Under the pieces are notes generated by a model. The model saw only the letters and a program-made list of their open reading frames with translations, did not search any database and was not told the origin of the DNA. From positions 30,713 through 94,712 of the forward strand of contig CAVSTM010000003.1 of NCBI GenBank assembly GCA_963730845.1: 64,000 nt of DNA. Direction: 5' to 3'. Shown piece after piece: positions 38,543 through 48,348 of this stretch; positions within the stretch are counted from its first letter, which is position 1, and the number at the start of each line of letters is the position of its first letter. The translations under genes were made by a program, and so were the position numbers. This DNA is from an uncultured Acidobacteriaceae bacterium (lineage in GTDB: Bacteria; Acidobacteriota; Terriglobia; Terriglobales; Acidobacteriaceae).

Positions 38543-39409
38543 CTATTTCGTTTCAGGCTCCAGCACCAGATTGTCGATCAGCCGCGTATTTCCTATGTAG
38601 GCGGCGACGGCGACCAGCGTCTTTTGCGAGATCTGCTCGGGCGGATCGAGCGTGTCCGGATCGACGATCTCGAAATAATCCAAACGTACTTCCGGCTCGC
38701 GGGCCAAGACTTCTTTGGCAGCAGAGATCAGCTTGGCTGGGCTTCTTTCTCCGGCTTGAAATTGCTCCCGAGCTTTCTGTAACGACCGTTGCAGCACGAG
38801 CGCGCGGACGCGCTCTTCTCGATTCAGGTATGCGTTGCGCGAACTCATGGCCAGACCATCTGGGTCGCGCACGATCGGGCAGGCCACAATTTCCACGGGA
38901 AAGTTCAGGTCCTGCACCATGCGACGGATCACGGCCAGCTGCGCGGCATCTTTCTGTCCAAGGAATGCGGCATCGGGCTCGAGGATGTGAAACAGTTTGG
39001 AGACGATGGTGGTAACGCCGCGGAAATGCCCCGGGCGGGAACGTCCGTCGAGCTTTTCGCTCAGGCCTTCGACCACGACCCAAGTAACTTGGGCGTCGGC
39101 ATTGGGCTTGGGATAGATCTCTTCGACTGGCGGTGCAAAGAGGATCTCGGCCCCTTCTTTTTCCAGCAGCTGACAGTCGTGGTCGAACTGGCGAGGATAT
39201 TTCGACAAATCTTCGGTCGGGCCGAATTGGGTGGGGTTTACGAAGATGGAAACGGCAGCCGCATCGCACTGCGCTTTTGCCGCGCGGACCAGCGAGAGGT
39301 GGCCTTCATGCAGAGCACCCATGGTTGGCACCAGGCCAAGGTGTTTGCGATTCGTCCGTGCTTCGCGACAAGCAGCCCGAGCCTCCGGAATGGTGGAACA
39401 TATTTTCAT
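38543..39409 (-). CDS. panC: pantoate--beta-alanine ligase
   Basis: Start at MKICSTIPEA (ATG 39409). GLVPTMGALHEGHLSLV, ...FVNPTQFGP. Confidence 0.93.
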   Translation of the reverse strand: MKICSTIPEARAACREARTNRKHLGLVPTMGALHEGHLSLVRAAKAQCDAAAVSIFVNPTQFGPTEDLSKYPRQFDHDCQLLEKEGAEILFAPPVEEIYPKPNADAQVTWVVVEGLSEKLDGRSRPGHFRGVTTIVSKLFHILEPDAAFLGQKDAAQLAVIRRMVQDLNFPVEIVACPIVRDPDGLAMSSRNAYLNREERVRALVLQRSLQKAREQFQAGERSPAKLISAAKEVLAREPEVRLDYFEIVDPDTLDPPEQISQKTLVAVAAYIGNTRLIDNLVLEPETK

Positions 39410-39414
39410 TCTGT

Positions 39415-39484
39415 GTAGAGACGCGACTTGCCGCTCCGCGTGCAGCATCTCGCGTCCGGGAGACGGGGCGAACCCCATCTTTAC
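39415..39484. repeat. family A element, degenerate copy
   Basis: GTAGAGACGCGACTTGCCGCTCCGCG ... GGAGACGGGGCGAACCCCATCTTTAC. Confidence 0.6.
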
Positions 39485-39499
39485 AGGCGGTCCGGACGC

Positions 39500-39997
39500 T
39501 CAGGGCGCCTCGCGGTACTGAACGTCCAATTCCTTGAGGGTTCCGAGGAGCAAGGCGCGGTTCTTGCGCAATTCCGCCTTCGTCTGATCATTGGCATCCT
39601 TAGGAACGGCTTGCGCAACCAGCACCACACGGCCGTAAGGCCAGGCGCTCGATGGAAGCGAGACCAACTCGGCCGGGATTTCTTCCGGCTTCAGTATGTG
39701 GATCTCGCGATTGGAAAGATCGAGAAAGCCGATCCCCTCCTCGCGAACGATCAAATACGGATTCTTCCAACCGCTCATTTTGTTGAACGGTGGATATTTT
39801 GCGGGATCTGCTACGGGGATGGACTCGAGGCCGGTCGGCTGCCGCGTTTTCGTAGCCTGGGTTTCCGCGGGTGAGGTCTGCGGGGATTTGGAGCAGGCCA
39901 CAAGAGCCCCCAGCAGAATCAAAAGAGCGACGGTTTGCCCAGCAGTTCGCACAATACCTCGCATCGTAGTTCGCACAACGTTTTCTCCGTCCGCCAT
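39500..39997 (-). CDS. hypothetical lipoprotein
   Basis: LILLGALVAC lipobox. Start ATG overlaps the panB stop (TAATG). Confidence 0.6.
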   Translation of the reverse strand: MADGENVVRTTMRGIVRTAGQTVALLILLGALVACSKSPQTSPAETQATKTRQPTGLESIPVADPAKYPPFNKMSGWKNPYLIVREEGIGFLDLSNREIHILKPEEIPAELVSLPSSAWPYGRVVLVAQAVPKDANDQTKAELRKNRALLLGTLKELDVQYREAP

Positions 39998-40887
39998 TAT
40001 CGCCGCACGGCGTGCTTGCGGAGGAGTACCGTTTCAAGTGCGGCCTGCGTTTCTTTCGGCAGGTGGTAGGACTCAGCGTCGTTCGGGAACTGGTGCGAAA
40101 CCACGTCGGCCTTGAAGGCCAGCACAGATTGTGTGATCAGCGCAGCGGCGTCACCATAGCGGCGGACGAATTTTGCCGGATATCCGAACGTCAGGTTGAC
40201 GAGATCGTGGAAGACAAGCACTTGGCCATCGCAATCGGGACCGGCGCCGATGCCGATGGTGGGCGTTTCGACCTCGGCGGTAATCATGGCCGCGACCTCA
40301 CGCGGAATGCCTTCGAGGTAGATACAGGCCACACCAACGCGGTCGAGCGCAACCGCATCGCGCATGAGCTGCTCGATGGCGTTCAGCGTCCTGCCCTGAA
40401 CTTTGTAACCACCCATTACGTTGACCGATTGCGGCGTGAGACCGATATGCCCGGCGACCGGAATCTCGGCATCGATCACGCGGCGGATCACGTCCACGCG
40501 CCGCTCGCCGCCTTCCATCTTGACGGCCTCGGCGCCGCCTTCTTTCACGAAGCGTGCGGCATTGTGAATGGCTTCGTTGGGGTCAGCCTGATAAGAACCG
40601 TAAGGCATGTCGGCGATGAGGAGCGCATCTTTCACTCCGCGGCGCACGGCTTTGACGTGGTGAAGCATTTCGTCGACCGTGACCGAGAGAGTGTTGTCGT
40701 AGCCAAGCATGGTCATGGCGAGCGAGTCGCCGACCAGGGCAATGTCGATGCCGGCCTCGTCCACCAGGCGCGCGGTAGCGTAGTCGTAGGCGGTCAGGCA
40801 GGTGATGGGTTCGTGGTGAAGCTTCTTTTCGCGGATGGTCGCAGTGGTGATTTTGCGGCGAGGTTCGCCGATGGGCGTGAGACTCAC
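39997..40887 (-). CDS. panB: 3-methyl-2-oxobutanoate hydroxymethyltransferase
   Basis: Start set to GTG 40887 behind GGAGGA. ...ITCLTAYDYATARLVDEAGIDIALVGDSLAMTMLGY... Confidence 0.9.
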   Translation of the reverse strand: MSLTPIGEPRRKITTATIREKKLHHEPITCLTAYDYATARLVDEAGIDIALVGDSLAMTMLGYDNTLSVTVDEMLHHVKAVRRGVKDALLIADMPYGSYQADPNEAIHNAARFVKEGGAEAVKMEGGERRVDVIRRVIDAEIPVAGHIGLTPQSVNVMGGYKVQGRTLNAIEQLMRDAVALDRVGVACIYLEGIPREVAAMITAEVETPTIGIGAGPDCDGQVLVFHDLVNLTFGYPAKFVRRYGDAAALITQSVLAFKADVVSHQFPNDAESYHLPKETQAALETVLLRKHAVRR

Positions 40888-41103
40888 GATGTCCTCCAGT
40901 GCCCCTCCGCAACCCGGCGGATAGAGCCTGTACGCGTCGTCCTTCTCCACTTCTGACGACGCTGCGGGGATTATAGCTTCAAAACCGTCATTGGTCGATA
41001 GCGTTGGTCGGGGCTGAGCCGGGAATTGAAAGCCCTTTATTTGCTTAAGATAGCGAAGGTTGACCACTCGAAATCGGCGTGAGAAACTTAAGCGGGTGGT
41101 TTG

Positions 41104-43032
41104 ATGAGTCGCAGAAACATAGTCTGGGTAGCAGGTCCCTGTTTTATTGGAACCGTATTCCTCTTTCATCTGGCGGGGCTTGCGTCGGCACAGGCGCTTC
41201 CCGCGACCACGCAAAGGATAGAGCAGGAGACAAAGACAACGTACCAAGCCCGCGACGGCGAGGCGTTAGTGCTGCTTTCCGTGTTCGCGGAGAATGGCAA
41301 GACTCACCTTGAGCGGCAGGCGGTCATAAAGATCACGAACCAGATCAATAACACCGTCGTCTGGCAGACCACTGACGAAAAATCGGAAGCGGCACTCGGT
41401 CTACTTTTCGGCAAGTACGAACTCGAAATAAGCGCGGTCGGGTATTTGACCGAGCGCAAAGAAGTTCAAGCCAGTAACGTGCTCGTTACGACTCGGATAG
41501 AAGTCTCACTGCATCGTGATCCCCAGGCTGTCGACCTCAACGTATCCGATGAGGCGGTTCCTGCAAAAGCGCGCGGAGCCCTCAAGCATGGCGTTTCCGC
41601 GCTCAAATCCGCGAATCTCAAGGAAGCACGAAAGAGCCTGGATGCGGCGTACAAGCTGGCGCCGTCGAATCCGGATATCAACTATCTCCTGGGCTATGTA
41701 GCCTATGAGGAAAAAAACCTCGCCCAGGCCAAGAGCTATCTCGCAACCTCTGCCAATCTCAGTACCCACAACGTGCGGGCGCTGATCCTCCTCGGCCAAG
41801 TAGAGCTTGTACAAGAAGACTATTCCGGGGCTGCGGCGACGCTGGAAAAAGCGGTGGAGGCCAATTCCGACAATTGGACGGCGCACAGCCTGCTTGCCAA
41901 TGCGTACCTGAAACTGAAGAAATATGATGAGGCTCGGCAGCAAGCTGAATTGGCCATCGCCAAAGGGAAAGGCGCGGCTAACGCAGCAAATCTGGCTCTG
42001 GGACAGGCCCTGGTGAATCTGGGGAAGAAGGAAGCAGGTATCCAGGCGCTCGAGAGTTTCGTCCGGAATTCACCCAGCGACCCCACCGTCCCGCAAGTGC
42101 GCGACCTGATCGCCAAGCTCGAGCGACCCGACGCTGCTCCTGGCCCGGGTACCGCGATCGTGCGGACCTCTGCGCCCGTCATCGACCCAATATTCGCCAC
42201 TCCTGAACTCCCGGTCTCCGTCAATCCGTGGCGACCCGCTGGAATCGATGAAGAAAAACCGTCTGTTGCCGATGGGGTCAGTTGCCCCCTCGACAGCGTA
42301 ATCGAGATGTCGGGTGAGCGGGTGAAGCAGTTGGTAGACGATGTCTCGCGGATTTCCGCAATCGAACGCCTGGTGCACGAGCAGGTGGATGAAATGGGGA
42401 ACGCCCTTACCAAGGAAACCCGAAGCTACGATTATGTCGCGTCCATCTCGGAGGAAAAACCGGGGTACCTTGCGGTGGACGAAAACCGGTTAGAGCGCAT
42501 GGCGCGTGCCGACTTTCCCGACCGGATCGCCAGCGGCGGGTTTGCCACGTTGGCCCTGGTATTTCATCCCGACATGCGGGAAAACTTCGAGATGACGTGC
42601 GAAGGACTGGGAAAATGGCATGGGCAAGCAGCGTGGTTGGTTCACTTCAAGCAGCGAGCAGACCGGCCTGCCCTTATCAGCGAGTACAACATAGGTGGCG
42701 AAACGTATTCATTGCGACTGAAGGGCCGCGCCTGGATTGCGGCGGACAAATTTGAAATCGTGCGAATTGAGTCAGAACTGATAGATCCGATGCCGCAGAT
42801 CCAGTTGCGTTGTGAGCAACAGGTGGTGGAGTACGGCCCGGTCCAGTTCAAGAAAAATGTGGGATTGTGGCTTCCAACGAAGGCGGAAATCTACCTCGAC
42901 TATCGCAAGCACCGCTATTACCGCAGCCACAGCTACGATCATTACATGCTGTTTTCGGTGGATATGGTGGACAAGCCGAACGAGCCCAAGGTGCCACCGA
43001 CCGAGCCCACCACGAAGCCGATAGCCAACTAA
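41104..43032 (+). CDS. secreted CarboxypepD_reg-like + TPR + unknown C-terminal domain protein (paralog 1)
   Basis: Signal peptide (FLFHLAGLASAQA), then an N-terminal beta-sandwich-like segment (GKYELEISAVGYL), TPR repeats, and a ~270-aa C-terminal domain conserved with the next gene. Confidence 0.7.
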   Translation: MSRRNIVWVAGPCFIGTVFLFHLAGLASAQALPATTQRIEQETKTTYQARDGEALVLLSVFAENGKTHLERQAVIKITNQINNTVVWQTTDEKSEAALGLLFGKYELEISAVGYLTERKEVQASNVLVTTRIEVSLHRDPQAVDLNVSDEAVPAKARGALKHGVSALKSANLKEARKSLDAAYKLAPSNPDINYLLGYVAYEEKNLAQAKSYLATSANLSTHNVRALILLGQVELVQEDYSGAAATLEKAVEANSDNWTAHSLLANAYLKLKKYDEARQQAELAIAKGKGAANAANLALGQALVNLGKKEAGIQALESFVRNSPSDPTVPQVRDLIAKLERPDAAPGPGTAIVRTSAPVIDPIFATPELPVSVNPWRPAGIDEEKPSVADGVSCPLDSVIEMSGERVKQLVDDVSRISAIERLVHEQVDEMGNALTKETRSYDYVASISEEKPGYLAVDENRLERMARADFPDRIASGGFATLALVFHPDMRENFEMTCEGLGKWHGQAAWLVHFKQRADRPALISEYNIGGETYSLRLKGRAWIAADKFEIVRIESELIDPMPQIQLRCEQQVVEYGPVQFKKNVGLWLPTKAEIYLDYRKHRYYRSHSYDHYMLFSVDMVDKPNEPKVPPTEPTTKPIAN

Positions 43033-43182
43033 CCGCTATAGTCGATGCGGTATCGGTCTTCGGATTTGCTTGGCAGCCGCTTTCACATAGCCAGGCATGC
43101 TAAGAAACGCCGGCCGCAGCGGCGAAGTCCTCAGGTAGTTGACCGCCAATGGCCAGGGTGAGATGCTCAACCCGGCTGTTTT

Positions 43183-45162
43183 ATGACCGTCAGAAGTTCA
43201 CTCCGGATAACAATTACTCGCTTCATTGGAGCGGTGTTCCTCCTCCATCTTGCTGCGGTGCTTGTATCCGCGCAAACGCCGCCGGTTCCCAGTGGCCCGT
43301 TCCCCCCGTTCGATCCCTTCAGCGACGTTACCAAAACTATGACTACCATGCGGGGCCCCGACAACAGCGCGGGGACCATCGTGTTGCTTTCCGTCTACGC
43401 GGAGGACGGCAAGACTCGCCTCGACCGACAGTCGATTGTGAAGGTCACGAACCAGGTTGCAGGCACCGTCAGCTGGCTGACCACGAACCCGAAATCGGAA
43501 GCCGCGCTCGACCTTCCTTACGGTAAGTACGACTTCGAGATAAGCGCTGTCGGATATTTGAGCGAGCATAAAGAACTGCAGGCCGCTGCCGCTGCTGCGC
43601 AAACCACGATTCCGATAGACGTTATCCTGCATCGTGATCCTACCGCGGCTGACCTAAACATATCCGAGGCCGCGATGCCCGCCAAAGCGCTCAAAGAAGT
43701 CAAGGGCGCCGTTTCCGCTCTCAAGTCCGGCAGACTCAAGGATGCGAGAAGGCGATTGGATGCGGCTTACAAGCTCGCGCCGTCGAATCCCGATCTGAAC
43801 TATTTGATGGGCTACCTTTTCTACCAACAAAAAGACTTCGGGCGGGCGCGGAATTATCTGGGGACCGCTTGCAATCTCGATTCGCACAACGTGCAGGCGT
43901 TGACGTTACTCGGCCGCATAGAGCTTTTTCAACCAGACTATCTCGCGGCGGCGGCGACGCTGGAAAGCGCGGTTCGAGCCGATCCCAACTATTGGGTGGC
44001 TCACAACCTGCTTGCGGACGCCTACCTGAAACAAAAGAAGTATGAACAGGCTCGGCAACAGGCAGAGTTGGCCATCGAAAAGGGCAAACAATCGGCCAGT
44101 GCGGCGAATCTGGTCTTGGGGCTGGCCTTGCTCAATCTCGGGAAAACGGAAGACGGTGTCCAAGTACTCCGGGCTTTCATGCAGAATTCCGTGAATAGCC
44201 CGGTCGTTCCCCAAGTGCGCGACCTGATCGCCGCAATCGCTCGACGCGAACCTGCCCGTCAGGATGACACTGATACCGCGCCGCACAACGCCACGCCTCT
44301 GTCCGGCGTCGATCCACTACTCGCATCTTCCGAGCCTCTCGTATCCGTCAAACCGTGGCAACCCCCGGGAATCGATGAAGTCAAGCCAACGGTTGCGGCG
44401 GGAGTTAGCTGTCCGTATGCGCAAGTAATTGAGATGTCGGGCGAGCGCGTCAAAGAACTCGTCGACGACGTCTCGCGGATTGCGGCCCTCGAACACCTGG
44501 TGCACGAGCGGGTCGATGAAATGGGAAATCCTGCCACCAGGGAAACCCGTGACTACAACTATGTGGCCTCGATTTCGGAAGAGACCCCAGGGTTTCTTGG
44601 GGTGGACGAGTACCGCTCTGAGCGCCTGACGCGCGCCGAAGATGTCGACGGGATCGCCACCAGCGGATTCGCCGCGTTAGCCCTGATATTTCACCCCGTC
44701 ATGCGGGATAACTTCGAAATGACGTGCGAAGGGCTGGGACGCTGGCACGAACAGGCGGCGTGGCTGGTTCACTTCAAGCAGCGCCAAGACCGGCCTGCCC
44801 GCTTCCAGGATTATAAGGTGGGCCGCGCAATCTTTTCGATGCAGCTCAAAGGCCGCGCTTGGATCACGGCGGACAAGTTCCAGATCGTGCGCATCGAGGC
44901 GGACCTATTGAGTCCGCTATCGAATATCCAGTTGCGCAGCGAGCGGCAAGTCGTAGAGTACAGCCCCGTCCCGTTCCATCAAAAGAATGTGGAATTGTGG
45001 CTCCCGAAGACTGCCGAAATCTACCTCGACTTTCGCAAGCGCCGTTACTTCCGCACCCAAACCTTCGATCATTACATGCTGTTTTCGGTGGATTCGGCGG
45101 AAAAGCGAAACGAACCCAAAGTGCCGCCGGTCGAGCCCGCTCAAAAGCCGCTGCCCAACTGA
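43183..45162 (+). CDS. secreted CarboxypepD_reg-like + TPR + unknown C-terminal domain protein (paralog 2)
   Basis: Collinear with 41104..43032 over the whole length, e.g. GKYDFEISAVGYL, LDAAYKLAPSNPD, VSCP...VIEMSGERVK, FEMTCEGLG, AAWLVHFKQR, LKGRAWI, DHYMLFSVD. Confidence 0.7.
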   Translation: MTVRSSLRITITRFIGAVFLLHLAAVLVSAQTPPVPSGPFPPFDPFSDVTKTMTTMRGPDNSAGTIVLLSVYAEDGKTRLDRQSIVKVTNQVAGTVSWLTTNPKSEAALDLPYGKYDFEISAVGYLSEHKELQAAAAAAQTTIPIDVILHRDPTAADLNISEAAMPAKALKEVKGAVSALKSGRLKDARRRLDAAYKLAPSNPDLNYLMGYLFYQQKDFGRARNYLGTACNLDSHNVQALTLLGRIELFQPDYLAAAATLESAVRADPNYWVAHNLLADAYLKQKKYEQARQQAELAIEKGKQSASAANLVLGLALLNLGKTEDGVQVLRAFMQNSVNSPVVPQVRDLIAAIARREPARQDDTDTAPHNATPLSGVDPLLASSEPLVSVKPWQPPGIDEVKPTVAAGVSCPYAQVIEMSGERVKELVDDVSRIAALEHLVHERVDEMGNPATRETRDYNYVASISEETPGFLGVDEYRSERLTRAEDVDGIATSGFAALALIFHPVMRDNFEMTCEGLGRWHEQAAWLVHFKQRQDRPARFQDYKVGRAIFSMQLKGRAWITADKFQIVRIEADLLSPLSNIQLRSERQVVEYSPVPFHQKNVELWLPKTAEIYLDFRKRRYFRTQTFDHYMLFSVDSAEKRNEPKVPPVEPAQKPLPN

Positions 45163-45224
45163 AATACGGCGGCCGGAGAGCGGAGTCTTATCGTTCGGCA
45201 ATACGATAAGCCCAGCGACCCGTC

Positions 45225-45890
45225 CTACGCGCTGGCCGCTTCCGTGCTCCCCAGCGGCAGGAAGTATTGCGTGCCCTTGATGGGGGCGGAGACCTTCTTC
45301 AGCAACTCCTGCAGGTCTTCGTTGCGGTCGACGAAGTCGATTTCTGAGGTGTTCACGATCAGCAGATCGGACTGCGTGTAGTGAAAGAAAAAGTGTTCGT
45401 AGGCCTTCACCACTTCCATCAGGTAATCCTCGCTGATGGCCTTCTCGCCGGCCGCGTTCTTTTTCTTCAGACGCTTCTTCAGCACTTCCGGCGTGGCCTG
45501 CAGATAGATGACGAGGTCGGGCGTGGGGAGCTGCTCGCGAAAATAATTGAAGTAGCGATTATAGGTATCGAGTTCCTGATCGTTGAGGTTGAGGCAGGCG
45601 AAGAGCTTGTCCTTTTCAAAAATGTAATCGGAAACCACTGTCTTATTTGACCGCGGGCCGAGATCGAGCGCGTGCAACTGCTCGAAGCGGCGAATCAGGA
45701 ATGCGAACTGCGTCTGGAATGCCGCGCCCGGTTCGCCTTCATAGAACGCCTTCAGAAACGGATTGTCTTCCGGTTCGATAACCCGCTGGGCCGCCAGGCG
45801 CTCTCCGAGAACCCTTGCCAGAGTGCTTTTCCCAACGCGTATGGGGCCTTCGACCGCAATGTAACGGGGAAGCTCGAAAAGCTTGGCCAT
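45225..45890 (-). CDS. deoxynucleoside kinase
   Basis: Start at MAKLFELPRYIAVEGPIRVGKSTLA (P-loop). ...SDYIFEKDKLFA... (dNK family pattern). Confidence 0.85.
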   Translation of the reverse strand: MAKLFELPRYIAVEGPIRVGKSTLARVLGERLAAQRVIEPEDNPFLKAFYEGEPGAAFQTQFAFLIRRFEQLHALDLGPRSNKTVVSDYIFEKDKLFACLNLNDQELDTYNRYFNYFREQLPTPDLVIYLQATPEVLKKRLKKKNAAGEKAISEDYLMEVVKAYEHFFFHYTQSDLLIVNTSEIDFVDRNEDLQELLKKVSAPIKGTQYFLPLGSTEAASA

Positions 45891-45967
45891 GGGTTGTCGA
45901 CTGTCGATTGTCGTGGAACTGTTGAGCAGAATATATGGCTTCGCGTCGCGATGCAATTGTGAAGAAA

Positions 45968-46055
45968 AAGTCAAAAGTCAGAAGTCAAATTGAAGAAGTT
46001 GTTCTCAGTTTCCGGTTCGGTTCACTTCTGCAATCTGACTTCTGACTTTTGACTT
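45968..46055. repeat. family C heptad-periodic inverted repeat (AAAGTCA AAAGTCA GAAGTCA AATTGAA GAAGT ... mirror)
   Basis: Right arm ACTTCTGCAATCTGACTTCTGACTTTTGACTT is the complement of the left arm. Confidence 0.85.
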
Positions 46056-46072
46056 CCCTATACAATCTCCTC

Positions 46073-46807
46073 ATGCTCCCCGCTCTCATTGGACTCACGG
46101 CCGCCGTGGCTGCTTCGGCGGCAGGGTATCAATCCATGGCGCCGACGGGGCAGTGGTATGGGCGAACGTTTATAGGCGGGATCCGCGGGAGCAAGCAAAT
46201 CGCGCTGACCTATGACGATGGGCCGAATGATCCGCATACACTGAAGTTGCTTGACGTGCTGGCGAAGCACAGGGTGCGGGCGACGTTTTTCATGATCGGC
46301 CGCTTTGTGCGGCAATGGCCCGATATTGCGCGCACGGTGGCGCAGGCGGGACACGTCATCGGCAATCATACGTTCACACATCCGTTGCTCATCTTTGAAT
46401 CGGAAGCGCAGACGCGCATACAGCTTGTCGACTGCCATCAGGCTTTGCAGGACGCAATTGGCGAGCATTCAACTTTGTTTCGTCCACCGTTTGGGGGAAG
46501 GCGGCCGGCAACGATCAGGGTCGCGCGTGAACTCGAAATGCAGACGGTGATGTGGAACGTGACCGGCTATGACTGGAATGCTCCGCCGGCTGCGGTGATC
46601 GAGAAGAAAATCGAGCGGCAGATGCGCGGCGGCGACGTGATCCTGCTGCACGACGGCGGATATCGCGCCCTGGGCGCGGACCGCTGGCAGACCGTGATTG
46701 CGACGGAGAATCTGATCCGGCGTTACGCCGATCAGGGCTACCAGTTTGTCACCGTGCCGGAGATGACCAAGGCTCTCAGCCATCAGAAGTCGGCTGTCAA
46801 CTTATAA
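46073..46807 (+). CDS. polysaccharide deacetylase (NodB homology domain)
   Basis: ALTYDDGPND...RATFFMIG...GHVIGNHTFTHP. Confidence 0.85.
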   Translation: MLPALIGLTAAVAASAAGYQSMAPTGQWYGRTFIGGIRGSKQIALTYDDGPNDPHTLKLLDVLAKHRVRATFFMIGRFVRQWPDIARTVAQAGHVIGNHTFTHPLLIFESEAQTRIQLVDCHQALQDAIGEHSTLFRPPFGGRRPATIRVARELEMQTVMWNVTGYDWNAPPAAVIEKKIERQMRGGDVILLHDGGYRALGADRWQTVIATENLIRRYADQGYQFVTVPEMTKALSHQKSAVNL

Positions 46808-46833
46808 TCCGCGTGATTCCCGCCAGTTCCGCT

Positions 46834-46866
46834 GGGCGGACGAATGCGTCCGCCCCTACGTGAGGA
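46834..46866. repeat. family B solo arm (GGGCGGACGAATGCGTCCGCCCCTACGTGAGG)
   Basis: Identical core to the 15341..15373 arm. Confidence 0.75.
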
Positions 46867-46889
46867 TTGCGGATAGTTGACCGATTTTC

Positions 46890-48188
46890 CTACGCCGCCG
46901 CCATCTCGAACGCCTGCTTCGCCGCCGTAATGGTCTGCTGTACATCGCGTTCGGTGTGGGCCGCGCCCAGGAATGCCGCTTCGAACTGCGACGGCGGGAG
47001 GTAGATTCCGTTCTCCAGCATTGCGCCGAAGAAACGTCCGAAGGCTTCGGTGTCGCACTTGGCGGCGGACCTCCAATCGGTGACGGGGCCCTTCGCGAAG
47101 AACCAGGTAAACATCGAGCCGACGCGGTTGTGGCACATGGTCACGCTGGCGTCTTTGGCTGCGGCTGCGACTCCGGCAACCACTTCGGCGGCGAGCTTGT
47201 CGAGTTTGGCGTAAACATCTTTATGCTCGCGCAAGTAACTCAGCGTGGCATAACCCGCGGCCATCGCCAGCGGATTCCCCGAAAGCGTTCCAGCCTGGTA
47301 TACCGGCCCGAGCGGTGCGATCAGACCCATGATTTCGCTCGGTCCTCCGTAAGCGCCCACCGGCAAACCTCCGCCGATGATTTTGCCCATGGTGGTGAGA
47401 TCGGGCTTGATCCCATAGAGCTCCTGCGCCCCACCATAGGCCAGGCGGAAGCCGGTCATGACCTCGTCGAAAATCAGCAAAGACTTATCGCGCGCGGTAA
47501 TGCTGCGTAGAGCTTCAAGATATCCGCGAGCCGGAGGCACGCATCCCATGTTGCCGACGACCGGCTCCACGATGACACAGGCGATCTGGTGCTTGAATTT
47601 CTCGAAAGCTTGCTCGATCGCAGTCGTGTCGTTGAATGGAAGCGCGAGCGTGAACTGCGTGAATTCTTCCGGAACGCCCGCCGAACCCGGAATGCCGAGC
47701 GTGGCGACGCCCGATCCGGCCTTCACCAAGAGCGCGTCGGAGTGTCCGTGATAGCAGCCCTCAAATTTCACAATATATTTACGGCTCGTATAACCCCGGG
47801 CCAGGCGGATGGCCGACATGGTCGCTTCGGTGCCCGAACTTACGAAGCGAACTTTTTGCATGTGCGGAAAAGCGGAAATTACCAGCTCGGCGAGATCGGC
47901 TTCGGCGGGAGTGGAAGCTCCGAAGCTCGTGCCATTGCGCGCCGCCGCGATCACGGTCTCGATGACGGCGGGCGCTGCATGCCCGAGGATGAGCGGCCCC
48001 CAGGAACCGATGTAATCCACATACTCGTTGCCGTCGGCGTCCCAAATGTGCGAACCCTGGCCGCGGACGATGTATAGGGGATCGCATCCCACGCTGCGGA
48101 AAGCGCGCACCGGGGAGTTCACGCCTCCGGGAATCAATTGTTCGGCGCGTTTCTGCAGTTTGCGGGATTGCTCTGTCTTGCGGGACAT
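46890..48188 (-). CDS. hemL: glutamate-1-semialdehyde 2,1-aminomutase
   Basis: [13 protein letters not shown]..., ...FDEVMTGFR..., ...[16 protein letters not shown]. Confidence 0.95.
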   Translation of the reverse strand: MSRKTEQSRKLQKRAEQLIPGGVNSPVRAFRSVGCDPLYIVRGQGSHIWDADGNEYVDYIGSWGPLILGHAAPAVIETVIAAARNGTSFGASTPAEADLAELVISAFPHMQKVRFVSSGTEATMSAIRLARGYTSRKYIVKFEGCYHGHSDALLVKAGSGVATLGIPGSAGVPEEFTQFTLALPFNDTTAIEQAFEKFKHQIACVIVEPVVGNMGCVPPARGYLEALRSITARDKSLLIFDEVMTGFRLAYGGAQELYGIKPDLTTMGKIIGGGLPVGAYGGPSEIMGLIAPLGPVYQAGTLSGNPLAMAAGYATLSYLREHKDVYAKLDKLAAEVVAGVAAAAKDASVTMCHNRVGSMFTWFFAKGPVTDWRSAAKCDTEAFGRFFGAMLENGIYLPPSQFEAAFLGAAHTERDVQQTITAAKQAFEMAAA

Positions 48189-48233
48189 GAGTCCTCCACC
48201 GTTTCGATCAATATTACAGCGGCGGGCGTGTGT

Positions 48234-48336
48234 GAGGTCAGAGGTGAGAGGTCAGATTGCAGAGGTAAGAGCTTCGCAGTGCCGGCAGCGTTCGCCGTTG
48301 GTCTTCAGCTCTGCAATCTGACCTTTAACCTCTGCC
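48234..48336. repeat. family C heptad-periodic inverted repeat
   Basis: GAGGTCAGAGGTGAGAGGTCAGATTGCAGAGGTAAGAGC ... CAGCTCTGCAATCTGACCTTTAACCTCTGCCC. Confidence 0.85.
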
Positions 48337-48348
48337 CTTTCTGTCGCC

